41,169 nucleotides of DNA from a virus (Duplodnaviria; Caudoviricetes). The stretch is taken from positions 1 through 41,169 of the IMG/VR virus record IMGVR_UViG_3300037484_000062; one strand, given 5' to 3'. The position numbers and the translations under genes were made by a program. A model generated the notes under the pieces. The model did no database searches and was not told the origin of the DNA. It saw only the letters and a program-made list of their open reading frames with translations. Below, in pieces: positions 8,355 through 13,002 of this stretch (position 1 is the stretch's first letter; each line of letters opens with the position of its first letter).

Positions 8355-8654
8355 ATGCGGAACAGCTATTTCTTCACTGGTGCGAACGCTCTGAAGGACC
8401 TGAAGGTGATGCACAAGCACTGGGATGCCGTGGGGATGCTCCTCGGGCGGCTCGAGGCGCAGGGGGAGTTCTCGCTCGGCAAGCACGGGCGGTTCAATCT
8501 GCCTGAGTGGACCGAGGTCCTGGACTTTGGTCGCACGCGCATCAAGGTGGTGGGCATGGCCGGTCTGCCGATCCACTGCGTGGACGCCTCGACGCTGCGG
8601 GCGACGATCTCCTACCCTGACCAGGAGGAAACTGTGGAGGTGTCCAGTGCCTAG
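8355..8654 (+). CDS. Hypothetical protein (99 aa)
   Basis: AAGGAGG RBS, ATG 8355. Confidence 0.7.
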   Translation: MRNSYFFTGANALKDLKVMHKHWDAVGMLLGRLEAQGEFSLGKHGRFNLPEWTEVLDFGRTRIKVVGMAGLPIHCVDASTLRATISYPDQEETVEVSSA

Positions 8655-9003
8655 CCGGACTGAGGTTGAGATGCTGCGGGCGCGTATCAGCCAACTGACC
8701 GAATTCCTGGACTCGGAGACGCTACGGGTCAGCGAGCTGCTGGTGGAGAACCAGGAGCTGCGGAGTCGGCTCAGCCGCAAGTGGAACGGCCAGCGCCATC
8801 CCTTCCAGTGCCCGGTGTGCCGGCGGTACGTGAAGCTGCTGGAGGCCCAGCTCGACATGAACGACCAGGTCCTGTACGTGGTGGCAGCGTGCAAGACGCA
8901 CGGGCGGGTGACGCCTACTGGGAAGTGGACGGTTGACGACCTGAAGATCTCGCTGCCAACTGAGGAGCGGTCAATGCGCGTGGTACCAAGGGGGAACCAG
9001 TGA
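8647..9003 (+). CDS. Coiled-coil plus zinc-ribbon protein (CPVC...CKTH)
   Basis: GGAGG RBS, GTG 8647. Confidence 0.65.
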   Translation: MPSRTEVEMLRARISQLTEFLDSETLRVSELLVENQELRSRLSRKWNGQRHPFQCPVCRRYVKLLEAQLDMNDQVLYVVAACKTHGRVTPTGKWTVDDLKISLPTEERSMRVVPRGNQ

Positions 9004-9308
9004 ACCGCATCATCCTCATCAGCAAGACGCCGCTCGGCCTGTTCGACGCTGAGGTCTGGGTCACGGCCAAGGGTGACGGCCAGCACATCGACGCCGTGGC
9101 CGTCGACATGGGAATCTGGGAGGCCATCGAGAAGGTCGTCGAAGCCTACTGGGACGACTGGGGCGGCGAGACGCTGATCGCTGCCAAGGCCCTCGTCGAG
9201 CAGCTCGGCTCTAAGGAGGCCAACCACCTGCCGTGGCGAGCTGTGCCCGACAAGCCGGCGCCCGTCCACGTCGGCAGCTGGACGCAACAGACAGGGGAGG
9301 AGAAATGA
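9000..9308 (+). CDS. Hypothetical protein (102 aa)
   Basis: GTGA overlap; high GC at third codon positions. Confidence 0.7.
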   Translation: MNRIILISKTPLGLFDAEVWVTAKGDGQHIDAVAVDMGIWEAIEKVVEAYWDDWGGETLIAAKALVEQLGSKEANHLPWRAVPDKPAPVHVGSWTQQTGEEK

Positions 9309-9562
9309 CCAAGAAGAACACCGAAGTGCGGGCGACGACGCTGCAGCGGGTTGACCACCTCGAGAATGGGAGCATCCCAGCCCTTGAGGTGAGGGTTGAA
9401 TTCTTGGAGAAGCAGACGGAGTACCTACGTCGCAGCATAGAGGCGGCAGAGCGCCACCTCGATGGCGAGTCGCACCATCTGACCGACCTGCGTATCGCAT
9501 TCGATGACCACCGCCGCATGACTTTTGGTCAGCGGCTGAGGTGGCTGCTCTGGGGCGGCTGA
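9305..9562 (+). CDS. Hypothetical coiled-coil protein (85 aa)
   Basis: GGAGGAG RBS, ATGA overlap. Confidence 0.7.
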   Translation: MTKKNTEVRATTLQRVDHLENGSIPALEVRVEFLEKQTEYLRRSIEAAERHLDGESHHLTDLRIAFDDHRRMTFGQRLRWLLWGG

Positions 9563-9627
9563 TGGCGACGGCAATCATCTTCATCGTGGGGCTGCTGGTC
9601 GGTTACTGCTGGGGCCGGAGGTGGTGA
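9562..9627 (+). CDS. Small membrane peptide (21 aa, MATAIIFIVGLLVGYCWGRRW)
   Basis: TGATG coupling at both ends; hydrophobic. Confidence 0.5.
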   Translation: MATAIIFIVGLLVGYCWGRRW

Positions 9628-9851
9628 TGGCCTTGTCCTACGACCCTGCGACCATCCTGGGCTTCGCGCTGGAGTGGTTCGACAAGCACGAGCATCGGCG
9701 CCCGCGCTGCACGTGCTCGACCAACGCCAACGTCACGGAGACGCTGTCGACCGCAGTGCACAAGCCCGAGTGCCCGGTGTACGCCTTCACGCAGGAAGGA
9801 TGGCGGTGGGCAACCGATTGGTATTATGAGATGCACAATGACGGACATTAA
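9627..9851 (+). CDS. Hypothetical protein with CxC...HxxxC (74 aa)
   Basis: GGAGG RBS, TGATG coupling. Confidence 0.65.
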   Translation: MALSYDPATILGFALEWFDKHEHRRPRCTCSTNANVTETLSTAVHKPECPVYAFTQEGWRWATDWYYEMHNDGH

Positions 9852-10317
9852 AGAACGCTTCTGGTCGAAGGTTGACATTCGTGGACCCGAAGAATGCTGG
9901 TTCTGGAGAGCTGGGAGACTCGCAAGTGGCTACGGAGCGTTCTGGGTTGGCCGGACAATGGTGAACGCGCATCGCGTGGCTTGGAAACTGGCCTACGGTG
10001 AAATACCAGATGGCCTATTTTGCTGCCACACTTGCGATCAACGCCCGTGCTGCAACCCGCAGCACTTGTTCATCGGGACTAACTCAGAGAATATAAGAGA
10101 CGCCGTGAAGAAGGGCAGACTGACTAGAAGGAGGGGAGAGGACCATCCTTGTGCGAAGCTGACTCAATCCGATGTGAGATCCATTCGTGAGCGTCTAGTA
10201 GAGGGGTCTTCTGAGAGGGAAATAGCAGGAGCGTTCCAGGTGAGTAGACGGTGTGTCAGAAACATCAAACTAGGGCGGAGTTGGGCTTGGCTAGGAGGAT
10301 GTAATGACCACCCCTGA
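9838..10317 (+). CDS. Free-standing HNH homing endonuclease with C-terminal HTH
   Basis: RFWSKV..CW.W..GYG..AHRVAW..CHTCD...CCNPQHL..GT.SEN..D..KGR; lower GC than flanks. Confidence 0.9.
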   Translation: MTDIKERFWSKVDIRGPEECWFWRAGRLASGYGAFWVGRTMVNAHRVAWKLAYGEIPDGLFCCHTCDQRPCCNPQHLFIGTNSENIRDAVKKGRLTRRRGEDHPCAKLTQSDVRSIRERLVEGSSEREIAGAFQVSRRCVRNIKLGRSWAWLGGCNDHP

Positions 10318-10627
10318 CGCCTCCGTGCTGCTCTCCATGCTGCTGTTCGAACCCGGCATGGTGACGCGCTTCCCGCTGCCGGCGGCGCCGCAGCCTGAGT
10401 GCCGTGTCATGTGCCCATGCGGGCAGACGCCGAGGTTCGGGGACGGCGGCAACCTCACGACCATCACGTGCTACCACCGGCTGTACACGAGTGCGGAGTT
10501 CTCAGGGCACGTGTGGATCGGGCGCTGCCCGAAGTGCGGGAAGGTGTTCTACGCGGCGCGGCGGGACGCTGGGCTGCTGCCCAACAAGCCGCTGGTCATC
10601 CATCGGCACAAGATAGTGACCAAGTAA
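10304..10627 (+). CDS. Putative zinc-binding protein (CPCG...CPKCG, 107 aa)
   Basis: AGGAGG RBS; Cys motifs. Confidence 0.7.
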   Translation: MTTPDASVLLSMLLFEPGMVTRFPLPAAPQPECRVMCPCGQTPRFGDGGNLTTITCYHRLYTSAEFSGHVWIGRCPKCGKVFYAARRDAGLLPNKPLVIHRHKIVTK

Positions 10628-10641
10628 GGAGGGCCGGAAGG

Positions 10642-11097
10642 ATGCGTTCTTTCTCACGGGCTATTGGTTCGATCGCCATCATTGGTGCCCTTCCGGTCCT
10701 CCTGTTTTCCACGCCGGTCGAGGCGCAGCAGACACCGACCTCCATCTGGACAACACCGACCGCCACCAGGACACGGACAGTCACGCGCACGCCCACCAGG
10801 ACACGGACGCCGACGATCACGATGACTCCGACCGTCACCCCGGCGCCCACCTGGCCGGCCGTCTGCGAGACTCCGGTGTTCAAGGGCAACGACCTGATCT
10901 CCGTGCGGGTGCAGTACGCACACCAGGCGACCCCTGGCGTCCCCTACGTCAAGAAGTTTGGGCCGCTGCACTTCGATGACGACGGCCTCGCCGTGATCCG
11001 CGCCGAGGGTCACCCGAGCGAGTGCGTCTGGAGGTTCCACGTGGTGTTCGCTGACGGATTCGAGAGCGGCACGCTCGCCGCGTGGGGTGAGCCATGA
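10642..11097 (+). CDS. Secreted protein: signal peptide, Thr/Pro linker, C-terminal FADGFESG..W motif (151 aa)
   Basis: MRSFSRAIGSIAIIGALPVLLFSTPVEA|Q; TPTRTRTPT repeats; ends VFADGFESGTLAAWGEP. Confidence 0.75.
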   Translation: MRSFSRAIGSIAIIGALPVLLFSTPVEAQQTPTSIWTTPTATRTRTVTRTPTRTRTPTITMTPTVTPAPTWPAVCETPVFKGNDLISVRVQYAHQATPGVPYVKKFGPLHFDDDGLAVIRAEGHPSECVWRFHVVFADGFESGTLAAWGEP

Positions 11098-11360
11098 GTG
11101 AGATCAAGCCAAATGCCAACGGCACCTGTTCCCCGGACTGCCCGAGCTACACGCTCCTGGACACTGGGGGTGAACTGATCCCTGTATGCACGGCCAACGG
11201 AGACCACGTGACCGGAGAGGATGAGCATTGCCACCCCGGCCATGAGCGCCTGCAGGCGGCGCTGGACGCGGCGCGGAGATTGAGGAGCGCGGCGTCTCCC
11301 TCCGACATTGATCGTGCATTGGCTGACCTTGACGCCGCCCTGGATAAGGTGAAGCCATGA
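11094..11360 (+). CDS. Cassette protein (88 aa): Cys-rich N-terminus, ERLQAALDAA, ends DKVKP
   Basis: ATGA-coupled; junction motifs at both ends. Confidence 0.75.
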   Translation: MSEIKPNANGTCSPDCPSYTLLDTGGELIPVCTANGDHVTGEDEHCHPGHERLQAALDAARRLRSAASPSDIDRALADLDAALDKVKP

Positions 11361-11722
11361 GCGACGCACCACTAATCATCTATCTCCAGTGGTATCGCCC
11401 GGAGCCCTCCGACGTGACGTGGTGTGCTGACCAGATCAGTGACGACGACGTGAAGTACGTGAGGGCTGACGAGATCGAGCGCCCGCGATCCGTGCATTGC
11501 AAAGACTGCTGCTGTGCTCGTTCCTGGGAAGCCCTGGGGATCACCGAGTACACCGGACGCAGCATCCCCGAGGAGATCGAGCGCCTGCAAGGGGTGCTGG
11601 ACGCGGCGCTGAAGAGGTGCCGCAAGACGCTCGACGACACCCGTGGATATCCAATCTGGAGTATGTGCGGGGGTGCGGAGAAACGGCTCGGAAGATCCTC
11701 CGCTCTCTGGACGGTGTGGTGA
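11357..11722 (+). CDS. Cassette protein (121 aa) with EIERLQGVLDAA; GVVKP tail lies in another frame
   Basis: IYLQW...VTWC.D.I..DDVKYVRAD domain; stops at the middle TGA of the junction element. Confidence 0.75.
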   Translation: MSDAPLIIYLQWYRPEPSDVTWCADQISDDDVKYVRADEIERPRSVHCKDCCCARSWEALGITEYTGRSIPEEIERLQGVLDAALKRCRKTLDDTRGYPIWSMCGGAEKRLGRSSALWTVW

Positions 11723-11726
11723 AGCC

Positions 11727-11987
11727 ATGAGTGACACCAGAGTCAAGGTGTTTTTTGACCATGATGGGGGCGGGCCGAAGTGCGGACAGTGGATAGAGGC
11801 TTGCGACGGCGAACATTGTCTGATGCCGTGGGAGGAGTGGGAGCGCCTGCAATCGGTGGTGCGTCGGGTTGCCGCGCTCGCTGACGTGAGGAGCATCCTT
11901 GAACTGTCCGGGGAGTGGGTCGCTCTGATCCAGCAGGCCCGCACAGTCCTTGGTGCGAAGCCGGAGGACGGTGAGGTGAAGCCATGA
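11727..11987 (+). CDS. Cassette protein (86 aa) with ERLQ, ending GEVKP
   Basis: Starts at the junction-element ATG 11727. Confidence 0.75.
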   Translation: MSDTRVKVFFDHDGGGPKCGQWIEACDGEHCLMPWEEWERLQSVVRRVAALADVRSILELSGEWVALIQQARTVLGAKPEDGEVKP

Positions 11988-12277
11988 GCAACTTCAAATT
12001 CCGAGGTGCCAAAATCGAGGCGGTGCGGTTTGACAGCGGCAACAGCGTAGTCGCCACAATCTCAGCGTGGCGCGGGAAGGGGATTGGTAGCAACGCGACT
12101 TGCCACACGGTGGAGATCCGGTGCTGCCCCGGCGCGATGCATCAACTGATGGAGAAGTACGTCGAGGCGTGCAACTACCGACTGGCACAGGCAGAGGGCA
12201 ACCATCGGTGGAACAAGGAGCGCGTTGCGAAGGCGTGGAATGCGTTCGCTAGGACGGCCGGTGAGGTGAAGCCATGA
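11984..12277 (+). CDS. Cassette protein (97 aa) ending GEVKP
   Basis: Junction elements at both ends. Confidence 0.75.
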   Translation: MSNFKFRGAKIEAVRFDSGNSVVATISAWRGKGIGSNATCHTVEIRCCPGAMHQLMEKYVEACNYRLAQAEGNHRWNKERVAKAWNAFARTAGEVKP

Positions 12278-12681
12278 AGGACCAACAGCAGCCTCCGTGG
12301 GATGGCATTGAGGCGGCGATGCACGATGAGTTGCTCGGCAACAAGACGGCCATTCCGCTCCTTGGAGACTGCCCACGGCATCAGGGGGAATTGTGGAGGC
12401 ACGCACCGTGCCCGATGTGCGAGCGTGACGCCACCATCGCCCGCCTGCAAGCGGAGCGTGACCGTTCCGTACTGACGGCGATGGAGCGAAACACGGAGAT
12501 TCACAATCTGCAAACGGTGCTGGATGCGGGGCGGGAGAGGTGCCTTGACATCATCACGGACGTGGATGGTTACGAGAACGATGACGCTTACGGTTTCCGC
12601 GTGGCAGCACAGGAGATTCTCAGTGTTCTGGTCGGTGAGGTGAAGCCGTGCCCGACCTGCCACGGTAAGGTGAAGTCATGA
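12274..12681 (+). CDS. Cassette protein (135 aa): CPRH...CPMC, coiled coil, GEVKP-CPTCH-GKVKS
   Basis: Reads through a mutated junction element at 12634. Confidence 0.75.
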   Translation: MKDQQQPPWDGIEAAMHDELLGNKTAIPLLGDCPRHQGELWRHAPCPMCERDATIARLQAERDRSVLTAMERNTEIHNLQTVLDAGRERCLDIITDVDGYENDDAYGFRVAAQEILSVLVGEVKPCPTCHGKVKS

Positions 12682-12872
12682 GCTACCGAGAGATGGTGAT
12701 TGACGCCGGGTTGAACCCTGACAGCGACGAGGGTCGGCAGCTTGCCGCCCATATCGAGGAGGAGGAAAGGCGCCTATTTGCTCGCTGGCAGTGTCGGCTC
12801 TGTGGTGCGTACAACGACCACGACGAACCAATTTGCTTCTGCACGTACGACGAGGATTGGACGGTGAGGTGA
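12678..12872 (+). CDS. Cassette protein (64 aa) with a RanBP2-like W.C..C...N......C..C zinc finger
   Basis: WQCRLCGAYNDHDEPICFC; stops inside the junction element at 12863. Confidence 0.7.
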   Translation: MSYREMVIDAGLNPDSDEGRQLAAHIEEEERRLFARWQCRLCGAYNDHDEPICFCTYDEDWTVR

Positions 12873-12912
12873 AGCCATCTTCAACGGAGAGCAACACGAA
12901 AGGGAGTGAACC

Positions 12913-13002
12913 ATGAACACCACGACGGCATTGCTCATCATCGTTCTGCTGGTTCTGCTCTTCGGCGGCTGGAACTACTACTGGCCGGGGAGGCGCGACT
13001 GA
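12913..13002 (+). CDS. Small membrane peptide (29 aa, MNTTTALLIIVLLVLLFGGWNYYWPGRRD)
   Basis: AGGGAG RBS; TGATG coupling to the helicase. Confidence 0.6.
   Translation: MNTTTALLIIVLLVLLFGGWNYYWPGRRD

Noticed and set aside
7428-8654. Alternative-frame repeat ORFs (RPWL, CGPG, GPQP repeats)
   Set aside because: These are by-products of the stop-free 12-bp tandem repeat and lack credible starts.
7504-12880. Junction repeats as a CRISPR array or integron attC sites
   Set aside because: Spacers are whole genes of irregular length, the repeat is not palindromic, there are no RYYYAAC/GTTRRRY boxes, and I found no cas or tyrosine integrase gene.
12906-13001. ORF-track N-terminal extension of the helicase
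   Set aside because: The region is better explained by the 29-aa peptide with its own RBS and TGATG coupling to ATG 13002.
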